64,000 bases of DNA. Source: Geosiphon pyriformis uo1 (Eukaryota; Fungi; Glomeromycota). The translations under genes and the position numbers were made by a program. The notes under the pieces are model-generated. The model was not told the DNA's origin and did not search any database. It saw only the letters and a program-made list of their open reading frames with translations. The stretch covers positions 1 to 64,000 of the forward strand of contig JAAOMT010000031.1 of NCBI GenBank assembly GCA_016748015.1. The letters run 5' to 3'. Below are positions 51,969-64,000 of the stretch, piece after piece. The number at the start of each line of letters is the position of its first letter. Position 1 is the stretch's first letter.

Positions 51969-54900
51969 TGTTATGGTTGAAACTTATACTTCTTATAAAT
52001 TATTACATGTATTAGTCACTAATGTCATATAAATTAGCCATTTTATTTTTAGAAAGTGATCATTGATCTGATCAATGACCTAACTATTGACTTGATCATT
52101 AATCTAATTATTGACCACTTTTGATAGCTAAATAAGCAATAAATTTCTTAGCTGTAGAAAAGTATGTAGAAATCAAGGAAATCAAATAAATAAATAACAA
52201 CTTTTATTTCAATCATTCTCTTATTACTAATTTCTCTTTCCCTACCTTCAAATATCTGAACATCTTGAAATAAAAGATTACTTGTTGGTTATTTCTTACT
52301 CTTTTCCTAAAACATGTAATTGCAGCATTTAAAGACTATTAAATAAAACATGACTGAAGAGTACATTTGATACCTAATATTGAATTCTAAGAGTGCTGAT
52401 GTGAAGCATAGAATTATACCAGTGTGTGATCATTTGTTGACAGTATAGACTATCTCTCTACCTTTAGATTCTCTAGTTATCTTTAAAAAGTATAGCAACT
52501 GAGATATTTTATGAGACTGATTTCACACATTGAATCCATACTCATTCAATTTGCTCTTTAAAGTTGAATTCTCTTTGATTATTTTCATTACCCTACAATT
52601 CTGTTTTTCTTTGCTATCCATTAGCTTGTTATTTCAACCCATAATATAAAAGTGGTGCTCCTTGTGATGTTGTCAAATTCCACTTTGTTTCTATTGTATG
52701 GGTGATTATTCATATTTGTCACAACAATCAGAAGAACACTTTGAAGCACACAATAAAAATGATCTAAACTTTATTAAACTCAATTCTTTGCCCTTCTGCT
52801 TAATTTGCTTTTCCATTGAAAAACAATTCAGCAAACAATTCCAAGACTTTTAGAACTGGTTCTTGAATGAGCATTCAGCTGAAACCTACATAGCTTATAC
52901 AACCTATTACTTTGACCAAACTTATTTTGAAGACAATTTTGAAGAAAGAAACAACAGTATTAATCAGCTCTTATATTCTACAACTTTTGAACAACAGCCT
53001 TCTGATTTCGAATATTTGAATCATTAAATCCACATTTGGATTGCTGCCCATCAATCAACTGAAACTTCTCTTAAAACAAAAGAAAAAAGCTATCAAACTG
53101 CTTCTGTTTTTGATCTCTTTTTAAGTGAATCAGAACACTTTACACAAACAGTTACACCTGAACCAATAACTCAAGACCCTCTACAACAAAACATTCTGAT
53201 TACCCTCCAAGGTATACAGACTGCTTTAAGGTGAAGAAACAACACTCTATTACCATTATTTAAAGATAATGTCTAAGATCCAAATAAATGGCTGGACAAT
53301 TTTGAGAGAACTGTTACAGCAAACCAATATGATAATGAATACAAGTTCCAAATTGTTGGTGGCTATCTCCAAAGCTCTCTTGCTACTTGGTTTTCACAAG
53401 AAACCAATACCAATGCTCAGCAAAGAATCATTAGATAGACACCAGCAAATACTGAAAAAGATAATACCTCTTTTACTACTCAGTTTAAAACAAAATTTAG
53501 AACTTCTATCTTGATATCCAAATGGTGCATGGAGTTGGAAAGAAAAACCCAAGGCCCAGGAAAAATAGTAACTGAATACATTAAAGCCATTAAAAAACTA
53601 ATTAAGTGTATAGACTCTAATAAAAATTGGGCAAAAGAGCAAAAAATTTATTTCTTCACAAAAGAATTGAGAACTGATCTCTCATATGCTCTTTGGCTCT
53701 TCCTGGTCCTGAAAAATAATTTCACAATAGATATGACCATTGAACTTGCCCAGAGAATAAAAGACAACTAAAGAATGCACTTAGGATCTACTCTTCCAGT
53801 TTTTGCTCCTGCTTCTGCTATGGCTCCAGCTCCACAAATGGCTACTACCTCTTTTGCTACTCACACTCAAGACCTCAATAAACAATTAATAGACAGACTT
53901 ACTGCTAACTTTGCTTGGTTATTAGAACTATTAGCCCAAGCAGTTAGAGACAATTAGCAATCTCAAAGACCCAGATTTGAATCCCGCTTCAATCAGCCTT
54001 AACAACCACCATATCAAAGACAACAAAATCATGGCCTACCTGTATGCTATTGCTGTGGACTAATTGAACACTTTTCTAGAGACTGCAACAATCCTCCATT
54101 GCCTCCTTCAGCTCCTAAAAATAATGACACCCAAAATAACAGACCCAACAATAATAATGTTCTCAATCAAAAACCCAATCATGTTAACATTAATTTCTTT
54201 GGAGAGAATCCTCTAGTTGAAGCCACTGTTTATCAGTCTTTAAACTGGTAGGTGCACCTCCAAAGAGTAAGAGTGCAAGCCAACCAGAAGAAAATTCTTT
54301 TTATGCTTTTAACCTAACAGATAATAATTAGGATATAAATAAACTGGCAATCAACATCTTTGACTTAACAAGAAAAAAAAAAAAAGCCAAGATTGATTTC
54401 ATTCTAAATCCCAACAAAGCCTCAACTTCTGCTGCTGACAACAATAAGTTACCAAAAACTAAAGTTTTTAAAAATCCTTCAAAGTTAGAACTTCCAAAAA
54501 TAGTACAAAAATCTGGCTCTTATTCTGTTGTTAAAAATCTCATGGAAACCCCAGCACACATTACATTTGGCCAACTAATGACTCATCCACAATTCAGAAA
54601 AAATCTTCACAAATCTTTAATACCAAAGAAAAAGACACCAAAAACCAACAAGCACTCTCATTAGACTGAACTTGCTAACAATAACAATATTACTTTTCTG
54701 ATTTGTAAAGCCCAAGTGGCTGGCTATTTCATTGATTTAATCCTAAACAGTGAATCATCTGTTAGTGTAATTGCCAAACACTTTCTGGAAGCCATTGGAA
54801 AAAAAATTGATGAACTTTCTACTTGGCCTATGACCAATGTACATGGTAATAAAAAGAAAAATTTAGGTATAGCCAAAGCTATTCCTGTTTGCATTAATGA

Positions 54901-57900
54901 TATTAGCATTGAAACAGATATGGAAATATCTGAAGCAAAAGAGTATACCATCATTGTTGATAATAAGTGGCTTAAAAAAGCCAAAGCACTACTTGACTAT
55001 GAATTGTGCAAACTAACCATCAGATATGGTGAAAAACCCATTGTGGTTAAATGTCATTATTGAACAACTTCTCTAGCAACCAAACAGAACCAAGAAGAAG
55101 AACAATCAGATAAATCAGATGATAATGAGAGTAATGATAAAGATTAAGAAGAACCAAAAGAAACTGCTAAACTCGTCTATACCATCTTCACTAGCAATGG
55201 CAAGCCACTAGACAATGTTAAAGCTGACAAAGAAAGAATTATGATAAATGGCAAGCTAATCTGCTGGTCCTACTATGATATTCTCAGAAAAACCTTTGAT
55301 AGAAAACCTGGCAAGAAAGCAAAATACAGTTATTGGTAACATGATTCTTGTGCCAGATGTTAGTGTGATAAATTTTTGTATTTCTCTAATAATAAATACA
55401 AGTCCTGTCTAATCTATTACAAAGATTGGGAGCCAATTAGCTTGATACCTCGAAAAGAACTTAAAGAAGTACAAAAGTTCTTTGAGAATGAACCATTTGA
55501 AATCCAATTACTAGTTGTAGAACAAAAAAAACCTTTTCCTGAAGAAAGAAAAATAGACATTGAAAATCTGTTGGTTAGAAATAGCCCAGTTATTTCAAAA
55601 GAAGATGACACCCCTGGACAAACTTATGTAATACAATACACCATTACCACAAAAAAAACTCATCTCATCTATTTGAAGCCTTATTAATCCAACCAACATA
55701 ATGATAAGTTTATCAAGAAAGAAATAAACCAAATGAAAGATCTTGGATTCATACAAGAAACTAATAATAAATGGGCTTTCCCAGTTGTAATGGTATCCAA
55801 AAAAGATAGAACCCTACACTTCTGTGTTAACTACTATCAACTAAATGCTATTACTATAAGAAATATATACCCATTCCTCAAAATTGATGCAATGCTAAAT
55901 AAATTCAATGGTACTGCTTTTTTTTCAACTATTAACTTAACTGCTAAATTCTGGCAAGTAGAAATGGATCCAGAAAGCAGAAAAAAAACTGCCTTTATCA
56001 CCAAGTATGGCACCTATGAATTCACAGTCATGCTTTTTGGTCTCATTAATGTTCCTTCCATCTTTTAATGTCTAATGAATAAAGTGTTTGAATCAGTAAA
56101 AGAAAACTTTGTTCTGGTTTACTTAAATAACATAATAGTATATTCAAAAATCTGGGATAAACACTTTAAACATTTACAGAAGGTTTTTGACCTGCTCAGA
56201 AATGCTGGCCTTAAGATCAACCTAATCAAATTTTTTTTTGGATGCCAATCCACCTAGTTCCTTGGTCATTTTATTACAAAAGATAGAATTTTTTCTGATC
56301 CAGCTAAAGTCGAAAAAGTTCAAAACATTAGACAACCAATAAATGTTCCTAAATTACACTCTTTCCTTGGTTTGGCCTCTTATTATTGCAAATTTATCAA
56401 GGATTTCTCCAAAATTGCTTTTCTTTTTAATCAGCTACTCAGAAAAAATATCAATTATTACTGAGGCACTTATCAACAAAAAGCTTTTGAAATTCTAAAG
56501 GAAAAACTTGTTACTGAACCAATTCTCAAGCAACTTGATCTGGAGCAATCTTTCATCCTCCATACTGATACATTTGGCTATAGACTTGGTGCTATTTTTT
56601 TACAGAAAAATAAAAATGGCAGAGAATATGCTATAGCATATGTCAGTAAATCCCTTATACCAGTAGAAAAAAACTATTCAGTTACTAAACAAAAATGTCT
56701 AACAGTAGTTTAGACTACTAGTTACTGGGATCAATATCTTCTTAGTGCAAAATTCTTAGTGGTAACAGATCATCAAGCCTTGGTTTGGCTGTGCAATAAA
56801 AAGAAGCTAGAACAGAAATGAATAACTTGCTGGATACTCCACTTGGATGAATTCGACTATGATATTCAACACCACAAAAAAGCAAATCATCAAAATGCTA
56901 ATGCTCTCTCTAGACTTATCATCTAGTGATAGTACATCCTCTCAAACCAAACCAACTTAATTATTAGTAACTTTTTTACAAACAAACACGATAATAGACT
57001 TGGACAATTACTCTGTCTTAATGAAATTTTTGGGTAAAGGACAATACTCACCAGAATACACTTGACAGCAAAAAGAACATTTGCACAAACAATTAAATTT
57101 CTATTTGATCTGCCAGAACCAATTATATAAAAGAAACAAAAAAAATCCTGACCACTCCCAAAAAATTATCAGATTTGAAGAAAGAGAAATTGTAATATAC
57201 AACATACATACTGATCTATTAGTTAGACACTTTGGAAAAACAAAGACAATTCAGAAAACTTTAGCTTGCTATTATTGGCCTATCTTAGGAAAAGACATTG
57301 CTAAATACATCAAAACCTGTGATATCTGCCAAAGAAAAGGCAAACCCAATTGCAAAGAAGATATCCATTCAATTTCTGTTGATCAATCATTTGACAGAAT
57401 TGGTATAAATGTTATTAGACCTTTAACAATAACTCCTGATAACAACAGATACATTATTACAGCTACCGATTATCTTACAAAGTAAGTAGAAGCAAGAGCC
57501 ACTCCAGACCAAACAGCAGTTTCAATAGCCAATTTTATTTATAAAAATATTATTTGCCATCATGACTGCTCCAAAGAACTTTTATCTGATAGAGAAAGAG
57601 CTTTTCTCAATACACTGGTTGAAGAACTTTGCAAAAAAATGGGAATACGTTACAAACTTTCCTCTTCTTACTACCCCCAAACAAATGGCCTAGTAGAATG
57701 TTTCAATAGAACATTATGTGAAACTCTAGCCAAAACCAGTGAAGAAACAAACTTATAGGACAAAGTACTGCTTTCAGCTTTGTTTGTTTATAGAACTGTT
57801 AATCATAACATAACAAATTATGAACTTTTTTATCTGCTCTATGAATGCATGGCAACACTATCAATAGAAACTGACATTGAAACAATATTCTTTAAAGAAA

Positions 57901-59605
57901 TCACAATAGAAAATTACAAAAACATTTTGCAAAGAAGACTTGGTACCATTCTTGACTCCTTGGTAGAAACATGAATAATTGTTTTTGAAAAGATAAAACA
58001 GTTCCAAGAAAAGCTTAAAAGAAAAAAAACCTATAAAACACTTTCTTTAAGTGTTAGTGACTTGGTATTAGAATACTGTTTAGACAGAGACAATGTCTAT
58101 AATAATAAATTCTCTAGCCAATGGAAAAGACTCTTTATAGTCAACAAAGTTTTGAACAATGGTTCTTATATTCTTCAAGATCAATCTGAAACAATCTTCA
58201 ATAATCATCTTGATGATGGTACACAACTCAAGAAATATTATAAACGATCTAATTGATTGCCTGTTGTGGTAATACCAACTCAATTGATTAGCAAAAATCA
58301 AGTATAAATAAATACACTATTCTCAAAACAGAGGTATTTTCAATCAACATGAACAATTATTTTCTGGATCAAAACATTTAAAATGCTTTCTATACTCTCT
58401 ATGAGTATTGAATCAAAAACTATTCAAATGTTACTCTGACTATTGGAAAACAAACTATTATAACTAATAACAATGAAACACATACTGTTATTAGACCAAA
58501 GAAAACTACTACCAGAAGAGAAAAAATTGGTAGTAAAATAAATAAATATCTGTTGGAAAGTATAATAACAGCTATACTCTTACCTTCCAACACAATTGGA
58601 AAAACACTTCAAGAAATCTTACCCATAGACAAAAACTTGTCATATGGAAGGCAATTAGAACTCTATAGTCATCTTGGTGAAATTATAGAGAATATGAAAC
58701 TCATGAAGAAAACAACTTTAGAGATACAGGCAGAAATTTTGGACATTATATGATTAGATGTCTCAAGAGTTTTAACTATTGCTAAAAGAGCCAAAACTTT
58801 AATACAAAGATTTGGTCTCTTGGATACAAAACTCATTTTGCTTCAAGTATTATATACCTTATTCACAAAAAACTTCAACAAACTAGTTAGCTTTGAGTTA
58901 GATAAAACTCTTTAAATAGATTACTCCATAAATAGCTTGATTTTACCAGAGCTCAATCTCTTTGGAGAGGATGATGTTATGGTTGAAACTTATACTTCTT
59001 ATTAATTATCACATGTATTAGTCACTGATGTCATATAAATTAGCCACTCTATTTTTAGAAAGTGATCATTGACCACTTTTGATAACTATATAAGTGATGA
59101 ATCTCTTAGCTGTAGAAAAGTATGTAGAAATCAAGAAAATCAAATAAATAAAATAACAACTTTCATCTCAATCATTCTCTTATTACTAATTTTTCTTTCC
59201 TTATTTTCAAGTATCTAAACATCTTGGAATAAAAAATTACTTGTTGGTTATTCCTTACCTTTTTCCTGAAATGTGTAATTGCAGTATTTGAAGACTATTG
59301 AATAAAATATAACTGAAGAGTATATCTAATACCTGATATTGAATTCTAAGAGCACTAATGTGAAGTATAGAATTATACCAGTGTGTGATCATTTGTTGAC
59401 AGTATGGACTATCTCTCTACCTTCAAATTCCCCAGTTATCTTTGAAAAGTATAGCAACTGAAATATTTTATGAGACTGATTTTACACATTGAATCTATAC
59501 TCATTCAATTCGCTCTTTAAAGTTGAATTCCCTTTGATTATTTTCATCACCCTACAATCCTGTTCTTTCTTGCTATCTGTTAGCTTGTTACTTCAATCTG
59601 TAACA
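51969..59605 (+). mobile_element. Ty3/Gypsy element C2 (5' LTR 51969-52646, 3' LTR 58975-59605; TSD atac/atat)
   Basis: LTR pair, PBS tggtgctccttgtga at about 52653, PPT ggagaggatga, and colinear homology with C1 including the YLNN (ex-YLDD) RT core. Confidence 0.92.
54239..54280 (+). promoter_or_regulatory. -1 ribosomal frameshift signal at the C2 gag/pol junction
   Basis: T TTA AAC at 54239-54245, gag stop at 54249-54251, stem tgcac/gtgca; pol ORF 54716 is in the -1 frame relative to gag ORF 53775. Confidence 0.75.
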
Positions 59606-62600
59606 ATATCCTTATCATTGTCACTAAATCATTTTAGTTTCTGCTTCTTGAAGAGATCAGAGAGCACAATGTATTGTTTGGAGTTTAAATCTGAGTCTGA
59701 ATTATTGTTATTTTTATTGCCATATTGAGCAGAGCTAAAACCATTGTTTTTATCATTGTCATTGTTGGAGTTTGAATTGGAATTGAAAATTGATTCTGAT
59801 TCCAATACACAGCTGTCAATTGGTTCTTTCTTTTCTGGGATCATATAGATCATGCGTAGTGGTGGATTGTAAATGAGATCACACTTATTACAATACTAAA
59901 AATCATATGGAATTAAACAGTAGTTATATAGTCTTGTGTTTATTTCTTCTAACCATTGCTTTTGTTCCTTTCTAGTGGATGCTAATTCTTGGTAATGCTT
60001 GTGAAATTGTTCTGGGTCCATAAGCTTTAAAATAATATCTGAGTTTGGGCCCCAGTCAAGTTTTATGAGTTCTGGTAGGTTGTTTTTGATTGTCTTTATT
60101 TCTTCTGATAACACTTTTTTGATTTTGACAAATGTTATTTGCCAAATTTTGTTGTCATAATGTGGACATCTGTCCAAACATTTTACTGCTTTCCTCCAAG
60201 CTGCTTCTATTGGTGTTCTTTTTCTTATCCAGTCACTTATTAGAATTATGTATTGACATGATTTGTTACATATTTTTCCTTTCTTAAAAATGGCATTCCA
60301 CATTTTTTTGTCAAGAAGAGTTTTGCCGCAAGCCAAGCATGATTTATTGTCCCATTTTCTTTTTTTTTTGGTTGTCCAAATCGTTCCATGATGCATAAAT
60401 GGCAATAGAATTTAGTTGCCATCAGCCATTTTTTATCATTATTACAGCATGTGCTTATTGTGGACAATTTCTTGCCACAGTCGATGCATACTAGTTTCGG
60501 TCAGCAATAGTTAGATGGTAGTGGTATGGTATAGATGTAGGGAATATGAGTGGCAGTAGTGGTTGGTGCTGGCTTTTCTTCTTTTCCTTTTTCTTTTTTT
60601 TTTGTATTCTCTTTCCACTCCCAAGTTATTAGCTCTTCTTGGTCATTGTCAGTTCCTTAGACTTGAATTTCAGATAAGTTCTTTTTTTTGCTTTTCTTTC
60701 CCATTGTTATTCCAAAAAAGTATCAATAGTAGCTTATTGTAGTCTTTATCAGTCCATGAAACTTGGTAAGCTTCTTAAGTGGATTTCTTTTTTTCTTCTT
60801 TGAATTTAATTAGTGGTGCTGATGTGGTACCATTTGGTTTGAAGTGATTGCATGTGGCCAGTATTCTTGTATGTCATTCATTTTAACTGAACTGTAGTTC
60901 TTGCATGTTCCAGTTAAGCACAGCATTGGTTTTAATTAGCCAGTCATTACCAACTAGTGCTTGGTACTGTATAGCTTCTATTACCAAAATTTTGATTGGT
61001 GTAATAATACTATTGACTTTAAATAAAAAATTATCAATCTTGCTAATAGGGGTTTTGGTTGCTTTATCAGCCATTATTATCTTGGCGCTGGCAGTATAAT
61101 CAACTTGGTAATCTAATTGGTTCATAAGTTGTCTTATGATAATGCTGCCAGTGGATCCACTATCTAAAATCAGTTTAATGAGGTGGCCATCTACTTTAGC
61201 ATTTGTGTACATGGTAGTAATTGGTTTTTCTTCAAGTATGGCTCTACTAAACAAGGATGTAGATAATGGTTTCTCAAGTTCAAATGGAAATATTGCTGCT
61301 AGTGATTTATTATTGGTGATGGTGGCTGGAAGTATGTTACTAGTAAGTGATTTGGTTTAATTGGGTTCTTCGTTGTTGGGTAAGGCGTTTTCTGAAGTTA
61401 TCAGGAGACTTAAATAGTTTTGAGAACTCGGGTTTTGGGTATACATAATCCTATCTGTGAGATAAATGAATTAGAAATCAGTTGGTAGACAACTATCGTC
61501 AATCTCCAGTTTTAAGTAACTTTAGATCTAAGATTTTCTGATGTCATCTGAGCTGAGTTTGAAGTTGAAATTGCTAGCACCTGATAGATTACTTGTGACT
61601 GCAGTAGTTAATAGATTATGGGTGTTGTTTGTTAATAGATTGATGCCAGAGACTAATATACTGGAGATGAGTATAATTGCTGTGTCATTGGGGTTTAATA
61701 AATTGGCTGTATTATTGGAGAGTAATATAATTGAGGTGGGTATTATTTTAGTGATTAATTACTGACATAATTTTGAGTTTGTAGTTGGCAATCAGAGTTT
61801 CAATACTGATTAGCTAATCTTAAGTTGTTTATTTTTTTGCAACATTCAAATTGCAAATGTCCTTGTTTACTACAATAGTAGCATACATGTGTTTTCTGCT
61901 GCCACTGAGGATTGGTCACTGATACTGGACATGGTTGATTTTGGATGTAATTAGAGTTTCCTTGATTATTACATTGTTGAGAAGGTTGATAAATTGCCTA
62001 ATTGTTGTTAGCTAAGTATCTCTCTAATTTCTAATTAATTGATTCACTGAATTGTTTCAATTTGGAATCCAAGTCAGATGATCTGTTCATTACTAGATTT
62101 ACAGCTTGGATGTAATTGGCTTCGAGTTTAGCTGCTTCAAAATCTTTGGCATTTGTAATTGTGGCTTGAAGGTCTGCTGAATAGATTGAATGTATGTATT
62201 AGAAGATGCTACTATGCAGGCCTTTAATGAATTGATTTAGGATTTGTGGTGCTATGAAATAATTAGTTTGTATGGCCTGAATTTGGTGCAGATTTCTGTG
62301 GAAGCATCCTAAGTAAGTAGTGACTACTTCATTTTCTCTTTGCTTAATGGTAGTGAAAGTGTTGGCCAATCAGTTGATGCTATTATTATTGCTGAAATAT
62401 TGTAAGAATGCAAGCTTGAATGCATTGAAATTTTGGAGTTTGTTAGCCAAGCTTTAATACCAAGAGTTGGTGGTATCCTGAAAAAAATATAGAATGGCTT
62501 ATATGGCTTGGGTGTCATTCCATCCATTAGTTACAATGGCTTTTTCCATGTTATTGAGCCATACTTGGGTGTTATCTTCTTTGCCCATGAATTTTTTGAG

Positions 62601-63579
62601 TTTTGCAATTAGTTGTGATTGTTGTATTGGTGGTAAATAAGGTTGTTGAAGTGGTTGCTAAATTGGTTCAATGAGTGGTTGATTGATGCTGATTTCTGAA
62701 GATAAGTTCAGCTGATTAATTAAATTGGGGTTTCAATTGTTCTGATTTTGCTGATTAATATTATCAGAGTTTAGATTGTTCAGATTTTCAATTTCTGGGT
62801 TTTCTGGGATCGGATTTTGATAATTAAATTTCTGATCCTCTTCTTCCTTTTTTTCCTCTTCTTCCTCTTTTTTTGATGCTGTTATCTCCCATGGATCAGT
62901 TATTCCAAAATCTGGTTGAGGTGGCAGTGATCGAAATTCTGATGGTGTTGGTAATCACAATTTAAATTTTTCAAAGTAATTGCTGTAGGTTTCTAATAAT
63001 TCTGCTTTCTTTTGTTTACTTTGAAATAGGAGTTGTCCAAATGCTGATGTTGTATTTGATGTAGACATGTCTGCTGATGAGATATTAATGGTACTTTTGG
63101 GTCTATAATGATATGATAGATGTAGAGAAGATTCAAATTTTTGCTTTTTCCACATTAATAATTGTATTTCTTTTAGAGTTGCTGCTGGGGTTTGTAACTT
63201 TTCTTTACATTTATCTGCATAGGTAATGGGGAATTGTTGTTGAGTGTATCTTTCAATTTCTTGATTAATTTCTCTTGCAAAACTGTGATTTTATGGTAGA
63301 CTAGTGTGTTAAATTAATTCTGTATAGAAATTTTCTCTTGCTAATTCAATGTTAACTGGTCTTCCCAAAAAGTCTGTATTCTTTTGTTAATGTAAAAGTT
63401 GAAAGCTGATTTTGCTGGATAATGGTTGTTGGTTAAGTCCAATTGTTTATTGTACTGTTAAAATAAGGATTTAGCAAATCCTAAATGGTTTGTCCTTATT
63501 ATTTCTAATTCTGTCACTTTTGAATGATTGATGTTGATACTGGTTCTCTGTAAGATTATACCTTACAAAAAGCACCAAA

Positions 63580-64000
63580 TATTACAGGTAATTATTTGGG
63601 ATTTCAAAGCAAATAACAAATCCATAACTTGGTGCTCAATTGATATAATAATTGGTTTCTAAAGGTTTTTGTGATCTGAAAGTTTTGGTGATCTAAAGGT
63701 TTTGGTGATTTAAAAGTTTTGGTGATCTGAAAAGTTTTTTGTTGAGTTTTTTGTATAATGAATAGAGATTCAATAGTTGTGTTAGTAGTCTTCCCAGAAT
63801 TACAATTTTGCCCAATTTTTGTCTTTAGTATAGTGGCCAGTTTATTCTGGCAGTTATGCTCTTCTGGTAAGCTATTCTTAAATTCTTAACTCTATATCCT
63901 TCTTTTGGGGTTTTTTACCAAATTATTCTTAACATTAATTATTTAATGCTTAATCTCTTAAATCAATTAGTAAACAACAAAAAAAAATAAAATAAAAAAA
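63580..64000 (-). mobile_element. 5' LTR of a B-family element (truncated by window end), with an eroded PBS at 63563-63577 and 17-bp repeats at about 63660-63735
   Basis: Homology to the LTRs at 15482 and 20471; PBS reads tggtgctttttgtaa. Confidence 0.88.

Larger units (their letters stand above)
20471..64000 (-). mobile_element. Ty3/Gypsy element B2, host of four nested insertions; pieces 20471-21100, 30958-32468, 41397-41443, 48931-51968, 59610-64000
   Basis: Removing A, B3, C1 and C2 restores a colinear LTR-ORF3-INT-RH-RT-dUTPase-Cys domain-PR(LILDSGS)-gag-PBS-LTR. The 5' LTR starts at 63580 and runs off the window. Confidence 0.82.

Noticed and set aside
54228-54265. 38-nt GT-AG intron joining gag and pol in family C
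   Set aside because: Shorter than the 60-nt or longer introns seen here; a -1 slippery site plus stem explains the frame change
17250-61765. Numerous short antisense or alternate-frame ORFs in the track within the TE nest
   Set aside because: Shadows of gag/pol sequence with no independent motifs

Overview
Eukaryotic, intron-rich, AT-rich fungal DNA. It is most consistent with Glomeromycota and possibly Geosiphon-like, an inference from intron style and retroelement types. The window has two compartments. (1) 1-11.1 kb is a compact housekeeping block: DRS1/DDX27 DEAD-box helicase (5' end outside the window), RPS25, FRA10AC1, mitochondrial aspartyl-tRNA synthetase (with GC-AG introns) and a UMP-CMP kinase with a presequence/TM N-terminal extension. 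About 125 bp upstream of the kinase lies a short decayed remnant of a prokaryotic-type IS607 element: a serine recombinase TnpA with the overlapping +1-frame N-terminus typical of TnpB/Fanzor2. (2) 11.6-64 kb is a transposon nest. Decayed LINE remnants host a solo LTR and a Ty3/Gypsy element (B1). B1 hosts B2, which in turn hosts four two-LTR elements (A, B3, C1, C2), all with 4-bp TSDs. The three Gypsy families share an unusual layout: gag-PR-[multi-Cys domain]-[dUTPase in A/B]-RT-RH-stop, then integrase as a separate ORF, then an unknown ORF3 running up to or across the PPT. All copies are riddled with C-to-T/G-to-A transitions. Coordinates were read by eye and may be off by a few bases; no database searches were run.
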